Shown one piece after another: positions 23,163-36,100 of a stretch of DNA of 49,272 nt. The number at the start of each line of letters is the position of its first letter. Positions within the stretch are counted from its first letter, which is position 1. The notes beneath the pieces are model-generated. The model was not told the DNA's origin. It made no database searches and saw nothing but the letters and a program-made list of their open reading frames with translations. This stretch comes from Rotaria socialis (taxonomy: Eukaryota), in assembly GCA_905331485.1 (NCBI GenBank), contig CAJNYT010000219.1, positions 1 through 49,272 of the forward strand. The letters run 5' to 3'. Position numbers and translations under genes: made by a program.

Positions 23163-24862
23163 CGTGACTCACGCATGGTGAAAACCCCACCTCGCTATCT
23201 TGTTCCTATCAAAAGTTATTCAAAAAATACCCACCGCCTTTTTTTAAATGGGCAGTAGGTTCTTTTAGAATTTAGTTAATATACTGTGCAGATTATTGCA
23301 CTTTGTTTGTGATTTCTTTTGAATAAATTGAAATCATTTAAAACACGTATGGCAGAGTCATTACCATCTGATGACTTCATTAAACTAGGACGAAATCTGG
23401 ATCATGGTATGCTTGACACACCCACAACGTCTTTTTATCACACACCAAATCCAGTAATTAATCAACTGTTACACAAAAACAACTCGTCAATTCTGTCGCC
23501 ACCTCATCAATCACCATTGCCACATCATCCACCACTAAATCAGATCGTATCATAAACATTTTTATTCATAATCAGCACCTAACGTTTGCTTTTTTTCATC
23601 GTATTTGAATTACTTTATCATCAGCTTTTCTCTTTTTAATCATCTCGCATATTGTTTCTAGTGAACAATATGAATTATCTGAAGTTTTTCGTTCTTTTTA
23701 CTCTTACTATATTCTTTTCGGTTTTGTGGAACTCACATATATTTTCGAAGAAAATGGTGAGAGTAAGTTTAAAAGCGAGATTTTTGCGGCTCCCCACCCC
23801 CTCCCCATTACAGGCATTAATTAGCTTAAAATTGTGCTAATTAGGAGCTTGACTAATTAGGCTGCTGTTTCTTCCTTTTTTAAACTACAGACTGCACGAA
23901 AAAGCGATGCTTGCCCATTACAGACCATAGAAACTAGTATCTGTCATTGATAAATATACGAGCTAACAATTAATACTCAATTACAGATATAAGCAAATAG
24001 GCAATAACCTAATTATAAGCTTTGGAAATCAGGGTAGATTTTTTAGATGAACTATTTTGAATTATTTTAGTAAGCCAAAGGGATATATGTGAGTTCCACA
24101 TTTTAGCCACAAAGGGGCTGTACTAATAAGCTTTTCTTCTTCTTCTTATCATGGTGTTTGAATCGTTTCAATCTCGTATTCTATTGTTATGTGAAGGTCC
24201 TTACTACCTTTCCGCTGTATATATATTCAAATAAGTAAACCCAAAAGTGTCCCTACTACATAACTAACTAGCTATATATAGCGACAGAGAGAACACAGAG
24301 AGAAAGAAGATAGACCATGAACATATAGATAGTACGAATCAAACAACAGGCGAGATGTAGGAAGATAATAAGAGATACTGTAGATGGGGCGACTCTACGA
24401 CCTAACCGGAGAGCAGGTCGTAACACCACCCCGCAACTAACAAGATGCGCGCCCGCGCATCAACAGAAATGGAAAAAAAACCAGGAATACATAGGAGAAA
24501 AAAGAAAGTGGAAAAAAAACGAAAAAAACGAGAAAACTAGAAAAGGGTTAATGAGATTGACAGATGATTGTAGTCGAGGACAAAACCCTAACCAATTTGG
24601 CTTGTCATGTTGTCGATCGATGTCGATGATTGACATAAAGTCATTTCCTCGGACGATCGCCATTGCCACACCGTCGAGCCGCCTTCGCCACCTTGTTGAA
24701 GGAAGACAATGATAATGAAGAATGGGCACCGTCGCCACCCCGGCGACACCTGCTTTGTTGAAGCATATGCTGTTGAGAAGAGGATCACAACAGGCTCGGT
24801 TAATCTGCCAACAATGCTACGTTGTGCCGCTCTAGCACTTGTCGAAGTTGACTAACATGGCT

Positions 24863-24954
24863 GGGTGTGGGTGTGAGATGTGGGCGGGCATAATTTTGAT
24901 TGTGCGTACATGAGACAATAGAATAATATTCATACCCACAACCACACCCACACC
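24863..24954. repeat. Inverted telomeric-repeat module (58-bp filler)
   Basis: gggtgtgggtgtgagatgtgggcggg ... catacccacaaccacacccacacc. Confidence 0.8.
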
Positions 24955-25437
24955 GATTTAACCATAAACTCGCTGATGGAATTAGTTAGGCATTCTTTTT
25001 TGAAATTATATTTATTTCAAAGCAAATTTTGAAATTATTATTTTGTTGTCAGGTAGGACGATTATTGAAACTCTAGAGTTAAGACTAACAGATTGATTTA
25101 TATGAAAGACATACGGATAGGAATTCACTAGTACAGTCGGACTGGTACACCCACCTTCAATCTCATCCCCAGTCTGACCCTTCGAGTGGGGAACCCAAAA
25201 CGGTCCCGTTCCGGATGGGACTGAATTCGGAACCAAAAAATAATTTTTTGTGGAACCGGGACTAAATACTTTTTTAGTCAGTCCCGAGCAAATTTTTTAA
25301 AGAAAAAAAATCGTCTATAGTACTTGGTTCTTTTATTTTCAAGAAGTAATTTCACTATTTTCCCTTTCATATATTTTATAATACAAGAAAATCTTCACAA
25401 ATAAATATTCAAAATTTTAAAACAACACGATAAACTT

Positions 25438-25495
25438 GAGGGTGTGGGTGTAGACTGAATTAAAAACAGCGTATCCACATCGACACCCACACCCA
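25438..25495. repeat. Inverted telomeric-repeat module
   Basis: gagggtgtgggtgta ... cgacacccacaccc. Confidence 0.8.
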
Positions 25496-25832
25496 AAATA
25501 GAAGTGTGTTTCAGAAAATCGGGACCTGGACTGAAAAAAATTAGTCGGGCTTGGGATGGGATCGGGACCAAAAAGGGTGGTCCCTCATTTCCCTACCTTC
25601 CAGAGATAAGGCTTTATTTTGAAACTAGTTTTTGTATGCAAACTCACATGTTGTAAAATGTTTTTTTTTATTCTGTGCGATGATAATATTAGGAAAAATA
25701 GATAAGAGAAATTGCGTTGTACAGAATGAAATAAGCACAACGGAAAAATTATTTATTTTAATATTTGATATTCAACACAAGAAGACAGGCAAAAATACAT
25801 TATATTTTAACGAAAATTCATTTTAGGAGTTC

Positions 25833-27707
25833 ATGACTTCATTAACGAAAAATCTTGAAGGTCTGACTATTGTATGGCTTGATGTTGATCGTATTCATCA
25901 AAACACCGATGATTATTTTGATACGAAAAATCGTCTACGACAATGCAATAATTATATAGAAATATATCATGATCCAAATGAGTGTATTCATGGTATAATA
26001 GCGAATGGATACGTTTTTCTAATCGTTTCTGGTTCAATCTGCGAAACATTTATTCCGCTGATTTTTGAAATCAAACAGATCGTATTTATTTACGTTCTAT
26101 ATTCGGATAATCAATTGACGGACACCTGTGAACTAAAAACTATTTCAAAACTTCATGGAATATTCTCAAGTAAAAACCAACTTATTGAAAAACTGAAACA
26201 AGACGTCAAATCATATTTGAAGAGTTTGCCACTAACATGTATCGTCAATGAAAAGTCAATTCGTGCTTTAAACAAAGAATATTCTACGTTTATGTGGACT
26301 CAATTGCTTATGGACGTTTTAATTCAAATACCTCAAACAGATCGTGCAAAAATGATGATGTTAGAAGATTGCCGATTGCATTATGCTGATAATAAAGCTC
26401 AATTAGATGATATTAACGAGTTTCAAGAAAAATATGAACCAGACTTTGCAGTTTGGTGGTATACACGTGAGAGTTTCGCATATAAACAATTAAACCAAGC
26501 ACTACGTACACAAGATATTGACATTATTTTTAAATATCAATTTTTTATAAGAGATCTTTATGTACTATTGAAAGAATTATATGAAGAATCTATGCCATCC
26601 TTAGAAGAAATATCGATTGTCTACCGTGGCCAACATATCAATTGTGATGAATTGGAAAAAATAAAAAATAATGTGAACGGTCTTATTTCAATGAATTCAT
26701 TTTTATCAACAACTCGAAACAAGAATCGAGCTTTAATATCCGCCGGTGATGGTTCAAATAGGCCCTCGCTTGAATCCATCTTATTTGAAATTACGATTAA
26801 TAAAAATGTTGCTGCTAAAACTAAACCATTCGCTGACATTACAAAGATGAGTCAATTTGGCAAGGCAGAAGAAGAAATACTATTATCGATTGGAAGTATA
26901 TTCAAGATTCAGTCAGTTGAACAGTTAGCTGAAAATGCTCATGTTTGGGACGTTAAGCTAATATTAAATGAATCAGTGGTGATTAATGAAATAGACATGT
27001 TATTCAATTATTTCAAAATGAATTCAACTACAAGTATATCGAATGTCGGTACATTAGGTTTACTATTAGGAGAGATGGGAGAATATGAAAAAGCGGAAAA
27101 ATATTATCAAATGATGCTTGATGAATTATCAACAGATCATTGCGGAGTTCCAATAATATTAAATAATATGGGAGTATTATACAATGATATGGGTAATGAT
27201 GAAAAAGCATTAGAATATTATAAGAAATCATACGAAAGTTATAAAATGCAAAACGTATCAGAAAATGATCTTCTCTTAGCGAATTTATATCATAATATGG
27301 GTTCATTGTATTATGAAAATGAGTATAATAAAACAGCATTGAAATATTTTAAAAAAGCTTTTAAAATTTGTAATAATAATTCTACGCTACCCAGTCTTTT
27401 ATTATCTGCAACATTATATACAGACGTGAGTGGAATATATCAAGATAATGAAGATTCTGTTAATGCATTGGATCAGTTGCAACACACATTTGAAATCCAA
27501 AAAAGAATTCTACCATCAACTCATTTCAGAATCGCTGCAACATACAATAACATAGGAAGTGTTTATCTTTGTAAAGGAGATTATGCAAAAGCATTAGAAA
27601 ACTTTGAAATAGCCTTGAATATTGGATTAAAATCTTTGCCAGCCGATCATGAACATATTCAAACATATCGTGAAAATATAAAACATGCTAAAGAAAGAAT
27701 AAAGTAA
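25833..27707 (+). CDS. ART-TPR protein: R-S-E mono-ADP-ribosyltransferase domain followed by about 4 TPR repeats, with an uncharacterised N-terminal domain; 624 aa
   Basis: 'ISIVYRGQ' (R), 'SFLSTTRN' (S-T-T) and 'GKAEEEILLSIGS' (E-x-E). The C-terminal TPR-like repeats include 'LGEMGEYEKAEKYYQMML', 'MGVLYNDMGNDEKALEYYKKS', 'MGSLYYENEYNKTALKYFKKAF' and 'IGSVYLCKGDYAKALENFEIAL'. True ATG with an in-frame TAG three codons upstream. Confidence 0.85.
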   Translation: MTSLTKNLEGLTIVWLDVDRIHQNTDDYFDTKNRLRQCNNYIEIYHDPNECIHGIIANGYVFLIVSGSICETFIPLIFEIKQIVFIYVLYSDNQLTDTCELKTISKLHGIFSSKNQLIEKLKQDVKSYLKSLPLTCIVNEKSIRALNKEYSTFMWTQLLMDVLIQIPQTDRAKMMMLEDCRLHYADNKAQLDDINEFQEKYEPDFAVWWYTRESFAYKQLNQALRTQDIDIIFKYQFFIRDLYVLLKELYEESMPSLEEISIVYRGQHINCDELEKIKNNVNGLISMNSFLSTTRNKNRALISAGDGSNRPSLESILFEITINKNVAAKTKPFADITKMSQFGKAEEEILLSIGSIFKIQSVEQLAENAHVWDVKLILNESVVINEIDMLFNYFKMNSTTSISNVGTLGLLLGEMGEYEKAEKYYQMMLDELSTDHCGVPIILNNMGVLYNDMGNDEKALEYYKKSYESYKMQNVSENDLLLANLYHNMGSLYYENEYNKTALKYFKKAFKICNNNSTLPSLLLSATLYTDVSGIYQDNEDSVNALDQLQHTFEIQKRILPSTHFRIAATYNNIGSVYLCKGDYAKALENFEIALNIGLKSLPADHEHIQTYRENIKHAKERIK

Positions 27708-27722
27708 TCGAATATTAATAAT

Positions 27723-27778
27723 GGGGTGTGTGGTGTGGGTGTGGATATGATCCAGACTGGAAAATTCACCCACACCCA
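27723..27778. repeat. Inverted telomeric-repeat module immediately 3' of the ART-TPR gene
   Basis: ggggtgtgtggtgtgggtgtgg - 22 bp filler - cacccacaccc. Confidence 0.85.
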
Positions 27779-28478
27779 TAAATGGTAAACAAAGGAACCT
27801 ATAAAAACAGAACGTATACACATCAGCAGTCTACTTGTTGGCCAATAGCAGAAGAAAAGCAACGAATTTCTGTCTGGCAGATTATTACGTGTAACAGGCT
27901 AATTAATAAGAAAATAATGCGTCTTCAATTTTAAATTTTGTTTCCTTTTACTTCTTAAGAGATGGCATTTTGTTTATTTAAAACTGTAGGATAAGCTAGT
28001 GTTGCTTATGACTAAGAAACATACTATCAATTTACCAGAAAAATGAGACCTACTCAAATACAAAAGTACCAATAAATTTAAGTGTCAATGCTGGATGTGG
28101 GCGTAAGTGTTAGTAAAATTCCTGATTGCCATCAGGTGGAATATTGTATGATTGATATTTTTCTTATGCAAACTTTTAAAAGTCTAATATTTTGAGTGTA
28201 TAAGTAACTCGATTATGACTACATGGTCATAAAATCTGTGAGTATTCGTGGATGTTTGCATACTTTACACAAGGCGGTGGTAGCTAACAATTTAACCTTG
28301 TTAGTTTGGCAGTGAAAATTTTCATTTGATCCGAATATATACGATCCCTTTTATTGACGGCACAGTCGATATTTCGATTTTCAAAGCGATCAAACTATAC
28401 CATATCCGTGACATGTCAAATCTAATAGGAGACAATTCAATAAAAAATATCTCTGAAAAAATCTTGACAAGGTAAATG

Positions 28479-30061
28479 TTATTCTGCTAGTTCTGCTTCT
28501 ATAAGACGAACACAATGACTAAGTCCATCTTCATTTTTAATTAATTCGCTAATCTTTTTAGCACTGGTTTTATAAATGTTATAATTGTCAATCATAAGAT
28601 CACGAATTGCATTAGTTAAATTCTTCACATTGGTGTGACGTATGGAAATAGATCTTGGTCCTAATCTATTGATAAATATTCGATCACCGTTAAATGGTTG
28701 ATCGGCTCCAAAAGATAATACTAATGTAGGCAATCCATACCAAAGACTTGCATGTGTAGTACCGGCACCACCATGATGAATTGTTGCTGACATATAAATA
28801 AATAACCAAGAATGTGGAATGGCATGTGTCAAATAAAATATATTATCAGCTGTGGATAACGTACTGGCATCTGCGCTTTTAAATCCAACTAATGACATAA
28901 CTGCTTTACAATTATTTCTATCAAGAGCCAATAAAATTTTGCGTATAAATTCCATTTGTTCATCTGCTCCAAACATGGTACCCATCATTGATCCAAGACC
29001 AACATAGATAATCTTCTCGTTTTTCCATTTGGTCAAGAAGTCAAGAATAGGAGTTGGCGGTTGAAAATTCTCATTTTCTTTTTCAAGTATTGGACCGACC
29101 ATATGATCATTTTCGTGCCAATCGGATGGACATGGTATTAAATATTTGGAATAGATCGTTGCAGATACCAATGGCTTACGAAACAGGGATTGAGTCATAC
29201 GTTCATAATTTAATTTCATTGGTGGTAAATCATTAGTGGCACGAAGTTCATTGAGTTTATCATTATAGATGCTTGACATAGCATAGTCGACTATTTTCCA
29301 TTTCAATAAATTGGTCCACTTGAACAAACTACCACTTTTCCCACCTAAACCAGGCGGCGAAAAATGAACTGTTCGTATCACTGGGAATGTGTAGATTCCA
29401 ATTGCTTTAATATTAGGAAATTTCTCAATACAACTTAATCCAGGGAAAATAGATGCAACTGTTAGAACAATTAAATCAGCGTCTTTTACACCAGACAGAA
29501 TTCCATTAAACCATTCTTCAATCGCTGGTTGAAATATACGTTTTACTAATCCCATTTTTAAAATACTTGGATTCCGTCGGAGCTCGATTCCTTCTGGGCT
29601 TGTCGATAAAAAATGTTCTAGGTCACCACCGATTTCAACTACATCGAAACCTGAATAAACAAATAGAAGGTGATATCATGGAAATATTAATGAAAGAACT
29701 CTTCAATATTAGATTTAGATTTATATTGTGCGATGATACAATGATAATATGGGAAAGTATCAAGCGATTGTTGGATTTAAGATTGATAGTACTTACCAGC
29801 AGCTTTTACTATGTCTTGATAACGTCGATGTACACCAAGCCATACGATATGTCCACGTTTTTTAAGTTCTTCGGCAAGTATCATAAAAGGTTTCACATCT
29901 CCTAGAGTGCCAGTCGCCGGAATAAAAATCTTTTTAACTCTAGTATTCTTGCTACTGTCATTAATTTCTTTGGCAATCGAGCTTTCTTCCTGGCTTTCCA
30001 AGTCCATGAGATGTGAATCTTCACTTATATTTCTAAAATTGAAATCAATAATGTGTTTCAT
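28479..30061 (-). CDS. GT1-family UDP-glycosyltransferase (sterol 3-beta-glucosyltransferase / macrolide-GT type), two exons (30061..29797 and 29650..28479), ~480 aa
   Basis: Exon 1 'KKIFIPATGTLGDVKPFMILAEELKKRGHIVWLGVHRRYQDIVKAAG' is the GT-B N-terminal signature. Exon 2 carries 'HHGGAGTT' and 'GLPTLVLSFGADQPFNGDRI' (C-terminal UDP-sugar motif). A GTAAGT donor at 29796 and a TTATTCAG acceptor at 29651 give a 146-nt intron. That joins the frames exactly: ...VKAAG|FDVVEIGGDLEHF..., matching the UGT51-type 'GLEFFPIGGDP'. There is no GRAM/PH N-terminus. The track start at 30079 is TTG; the first ATG is at 30061. Confidence 0.8.
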
Positions 30062-33000
30062 ATAGAAATATAATCGCAAGAGACAGAATAATCAAATGTT
30101 ATATGTTGTAGATCGGATGACATGAATCGTTAACTCCTAAGTACATAATAGAAAAACAACGGTCCATCATCCTATTGGCTAAAAACAATTGAAATAAATA
30201 AGGCAAATACATTATCACCACAAAAGCTTAAAGTATAATGTTGACAAGAAGAAAAACTATCATGTCACAATTGCAATAAAGATAAGAACGATTCATAAAA
30301 CAAAAACATGCTTTTACACGACGTATAAAGTTGTGCTATAAAAAAAGCATACATTTAATTACATAGTTGCTGCTTTCATGTATCTATGTTGTCACTGACG
30401 GCAAATCTCTATCGAATAATAAATAAGATTTTCATTATTTAAGTCACCAGCAAACATAAAGTCTATATTACATGAATGAATATACATGTTTTCATGCATA
30501 ATATCATACAATTCTAACGTTTTCTTTGTTATACTAGTTATATAGCGTGTGATTCTTATCTTTAGCACAAGCGTTTTTGAAAAAAGAGAACAGAAACGAA
30601 GTGCAACACTCGAAAATGTATTAAATTTCGTTCATTTCGAAGTACTTTTAAAATAAGATAAAGAACGAAGTTTACTCTAAAAAGAATTTTTCTTTTTTAA
30701 AATACTTATTTCTACAATACGCAGCATGCAGCGGCGGAGCCAGGGAAGGACTAGGGGGATTGAGCCCCCTTGCTAAATTTTTGAAGGATGAATTTTTTCT
30801 ATAAAAAGATGTATAAGTCTTTGTAATTGAATATTTGAATGCTTTAGTTATTGGGTGAAGCTCGTAGTTGTTTCGGAAGAAAATAAAATACCGTAATTCT
30901 AATTTCCAATCAAGTTTTAAAGGTTATAATCTATCCTTACAACACATAACTAATGATTGAAAGATTTGAGGGTACGGTTTTGTTTATTGCCACTCAACTA
31001 GTTAGAAGGCATCTCAGACGAGTCGAAAGTTATTCTATGGCTAAAGCTTTGCGCTTTTTCGAAGATGATCTTATAAATGTTATGTATATTTTTATTCAAA
31101 TATAGTGAAGGACTTAGTGCAGAGCGTAAAAAGTTACTTTCAATGATGCGCGAACATTTTTTTGTTTGAACTGTAAGCTACGTTACGAAGATGTTAAGAG
31201 TTGTCGTAGTCCGTGATTTTCTTGAGCGGATACTTCCCGACAAAAAGGGGGATATTGATTTAAACTAGTTTTAACTCAATTAATTCTACACGCATTTATT
31301 AGGAGCTCCTCTTAACGTAAAATGATTTTGTTGAAAAGTCAATTTTTCAGAAATGAGTTTTGAGAAGAACAAAAGCTGAGATGTCTCAGCGAAAGCTAAA
31401 AAACTTCATGTAGTACATATTTTAGGGTATTTTAGGTTCTGCAAGCTGATTTATAGGGCAAGATAAGAAGTTTTCGATTTGAGTTGTAAAGCAAAATACA
31501 AAAATGAACGGAAGAAGTTTCCATCTTCACCTATTTGTTTGCTTTTCTGAAGAATATTTCACTGATTACTTTCGAAGAAAAACTGAATTCTAGGTCAATT
31601 TCCAAAACAGGTACCAAATTTTGATAGTAACTAATAATAGTTTTGAGCAAGTCGAAAATACTTTCTGTCAAGTTGAACGCGAAAAAACATTTTGCTTGAA
31701 AGCTTTCCGACCGCGCACGAATAAACTTTTGGATTAGTCAAAAAGACATTTTTCAAAAATCTCTTCAGATATGAGTAATAGTCGGCGAACAGCAACAGTC
31801 AAGTTATAAAAACTTTTTGAGTTTTTGCTGATTATTTTTTTCTCTTTTCGGAATTAGGAACATGCATCAATTTGATGCAGTTTTGTTGCACTATCAGATA
31901 TAATAATAGTAAAAAGTTTTGTAACTCATTCTAATGAAAAAATCAAAGTACTTAGAAAAAATTTGTCGTACGACACAATGTATCTATAAACGTTTCCAGG
32001 CGAGAATTAAAAAAAAACGCAGCAAACACCTGGTGATTGAAACAGACTTGTGAAACCAACGGTTATCACCATTATTCATATCGCACATTTAACAATGTAT
32101 TATTTCAAACAACGCAACTATACCAAACTGACAGAGAAGACAAACACAGGATGAGAGAGAAAGCACATACATACTAAAACACAGCCAATCCACACACCCC
32201 AGAAAATGACGCACACAAAAATATAGCTAATGATTCAAGACAAAATTATATCTCATAAAACATCTTCCCAGCAAAATAAAGCGTAAGAGCTCAAACTTTC
32301 CATTCAAACAAGCAACAATCATTCCAAATATTCAGATCTTGAAATGTACCAACTGCAACGACCACCGAGACTTATGAGTACTTCCAGTTACATTAACAGC
32401 ATTGATCCTATACGGGTTATGTCTTAATTTAAAATATGATCAACTCCATCTATGTATTCAATAGGAAAATTCAATCATTTACTGATATACTTGCTTCAAG
32501 AACTTTTCAAGGAGAACTATTATAGGTGCTATCTGCTGGGGCCACTACTGGTAGTTGTCGTCTGAACTTATATTTATCGATTTAGATAACGTGATGAATG
32601 AAAAGCATGAAAACCTATCAATTTCGTTGTTTAATAGGCAATTTTAGCAAAATAACATAAAATATCTTCGAATTCTAAGGAACTCCGTGGAACTTCAAGG
32701 AGTTGGAGTCTGCCGTTTTCTCCTTTGTTTAACGGGCAGAGCTGTCTCAATTTTTCAGAATTTCTACCTTAGCACTGTCACTTATTTAGCAAATTAAAAT
32801 TGTTTTTGAAAACCTTCTATTTTCATGATTTAGAACAATTAGCGACGAGGTTCATAATAAAATGCATTAACGTTGAGCTTCATGAAGTATGAAATTTTCC
32901 ATGGTATACCGACTATTTCAGCAGCTTGTGCAATAACTCAACGTGCAGAACTGAAAGGAAATATATGAACAACATTTGCCTACTCCTTGTTTTTTTCTCT

Positions 33001-33100
33001 TTTGCTTTACATGGAGTAACGCGTAACCACATTAGTTATCACACGATTCTATTGAAAATCGATCATAAAATGGAGACGTTCGCAGATTGATTATTTTCAG

Positions 33101-36100
33101 ATGAAACCAACTACTACCTCTACTTCATTATTATCACCATTCAATGGCAAAAGCATTGTACTCGAACTTGGCCATGAAGTAGGTTTCAAAGCTAAGCAAG
33201 AATTGATCAATTATTTACGAGAACAGCAAGCACATATTTCGTATATTTTGACAGCCAGTGTATGTTCGCGTGTTATTTCATCAAACATGTGGTTGGAGTT
33301 ACCTTTCTTTTAGACTGATTATGTTCTAACTACGACTAATGTAGATAGCTACAAAATACGTCGTGCCAAACGGCTTGGCTTACCGGTAGTGAATGTTGAA
33401 TATGTACACAAATGCCGTTGTTTGCGACCTGGTCAAACACCTATTGATATTAGCAAATTTATTATCAAGTCAGCAGAAGATCAAGAGAACTTTATAAAAA
33501 CCGGCACTATTTCCATGCAAGGTATTAGAAGTTCTTGTAAAAATCATGTCAGACATCTTTGTTTATTAGAAACTCGAGTAAACGTGACTAAAGCCAATAG
33601 ATTCGATTTGACTAAAATCAAGCTGTGGAATTCGGACGATGTAAATTTGCCTCGTTTCGATGAGCTGGCACATTGTGAGCTTGGCAGATGGGCGATTTTC
33701 AAAGTAGATTTGTATTCATTTCTAGCTGTTATTCTCTTATATTTCTATTGTTCATAGCAGGAAACCAATGATAATTCAAGTGTATTTTTTGTTCTTGAAC
33801 TTCAAGTTATTCCCGAAGAGTACTATGATCGAACAACGAGTGATTATCAACTACGATTTCGATATGAAAAACAGACTATTACCGACGAAGTTTCACAACA
33901 CGATAAAAAAGTATTGGTACAATACGCATTCAGTGATGATCCAAACGAACAACAACAGTTGTTTGCGTCGTACTATTATCGTGTGGCTGCAATGCCACGT
34001 ATAACACGAATTAGTGAGATGTTACCTAACAAATTAGGATCAAAATTATTATTACGTGTATGCAAATGACATTGATAAAAGAATATAATTTAGTTTTTAC
34101 ACATAAAAGAAATTGTTTCTAGTCTTTATTTACACAACGTATCGACACACAAATACTCGATGAAAATGTATGTCAATTGATTGAATCGATTTGGCTAGAA
34201 TCGATTGGTGATCTGAATAAAATTTTGAGCATATCACCTGAATCGATTACTCTCAAAACAGTATGTGTACACTTTCATATTACTGTGTGTTCTAAACATC
34301 CAAATAGATCATTGAGGCCGAAGCTGCACTACTCGAACTCAAAGCGACCAACAATCCTGCTGCTGCACTTCGTTTCTATTCACTTATACCACATCGACCA
34401 GAGTACAATATTGATCTAATCAAGAATCATCGAGCGTTGATCGAAAAAATAGACCTATGTCAGGTATGTCAATCTTGTTTTAAATTGTTTTACTTGATCT
34501 TTTCCCCGTTCAGATGCTTCGAGATATGCATACAGTCAACGAACTGACCAATTGGAATGTTAAAGCACCAATCGAAGCTAAATATCGAGCATTGAAATGT
34601 CATATTGAAACAGTAGCGAGTTCAACATTCGACTTTAAGAATATTGCTAAGCTCATTCAGTCGTCGACTAATAGGCGAGAGAATTTAACATTCTATTTCA
34701 TAATGATTGTTTTTTGTTTATTAGTGGTGAAGAAATTTTAATTCACAACATATTCAGTGTGACTAGACAGACAGATGCACTCAATTTTCGTACAACACTC
34801 TCCCACCAATGGCAGCTGTTTCATGGATCGAAATATGTCAATTTTCTTGGGATTCTTTCACGGTAAAATACTCATTTCGTTCTCTAGACAACATTTATAT
34901 GGCGGTTGTGCGTACGTTTAGTGGTTTAGTCATGCCTAAAATTGTAGTGGACCAATTGGGCGTTGAACGTACTGACGTGGGTTGTCTCGGTTATGGGATA
35001 TATTTTTCAGATTCTGCTTCGACGTCTTTGAAATATACGACAGCAAGTAGAATACGGCCAGGTCGTCGTTTGTTATGCATTTGTCAAGTAGCACTTGGTG
35101 AATCAGCCAATTATTATTTGTTTTCGCCGACTCTCACCAAACCTCCTGATGGTTTTCATAGTACACATGGAGTCAAACAAACAGAAGAAAATCAATCAAA
35201 GTTCACTGTAAGTGAAATGCTAGAAGGATTTATTAATTATGATACTATTTCACAAATCTACTTTGCGTTCTATCGAAATAGGATAATGAATATGCCATCT
35301 ATCAAGTTGAACAACAACGTTTACTTTATGTTGTGGAAGTTTCATGGTCGCCGATTGATGCTCTCAGTATCACTTTAGAACGACTACCTATTGTTCACCA
35401 TCAAGAACATGCATTGAAATTAAGTGAGCACGGTAATGATAAGCTATGATTTCTTGTTGGAATAAACAATTGACTAAATTTTTCTCAAAATATTCTAGCT
35501 GAAGTTCCATTAACGATGGAGGATGAAATCATTGAAGTAGCCGAACAAGACTATGGTTTGATATGTTCATCATCGAGAGACCTTGTACCACTTAAATCAT
35601 TTCATATTCGTGCTCAAATTGTTGATGTTACAGTTGAAGTAATTATATCTACGTTTCGATTGAAGTAAAATACTAATTCCTCATGTTTCTATCTAATGAA
35701 AAGGTTGTTCTCTATCAAGTCTATCATAATACGAGTTCGATACCTATCGAAGCTAAGTATGTGTTTCCTCTTGATGAAAATTCAACTGTATGCGGTTTCG
35801 AAGCACATATTAACAATAAAGTTATCAAAGGTGTCGTTAAAGAGAAAGAACAAGCCAAACGCGAGTATAGAGAAGCAATTGAAAAGGGTCATGGCGCCTA
35901 TTTAATGCATCAAGAAGAAGCTCAAGTGTTCAGCGTTGCGGTTGGTAATTTGCCAGCGCATACTGAAGTTATCATCAAAATAATTTATGTTGCCGAATTA
36001 GAAATCGAAAATGATGACATTATTTTTCGCCTTCCAGCCAAAATGACTTCATGGCAATCGAAAAAAGCTGTCGAAACCAAAGATCAATCGATTTTACGAT

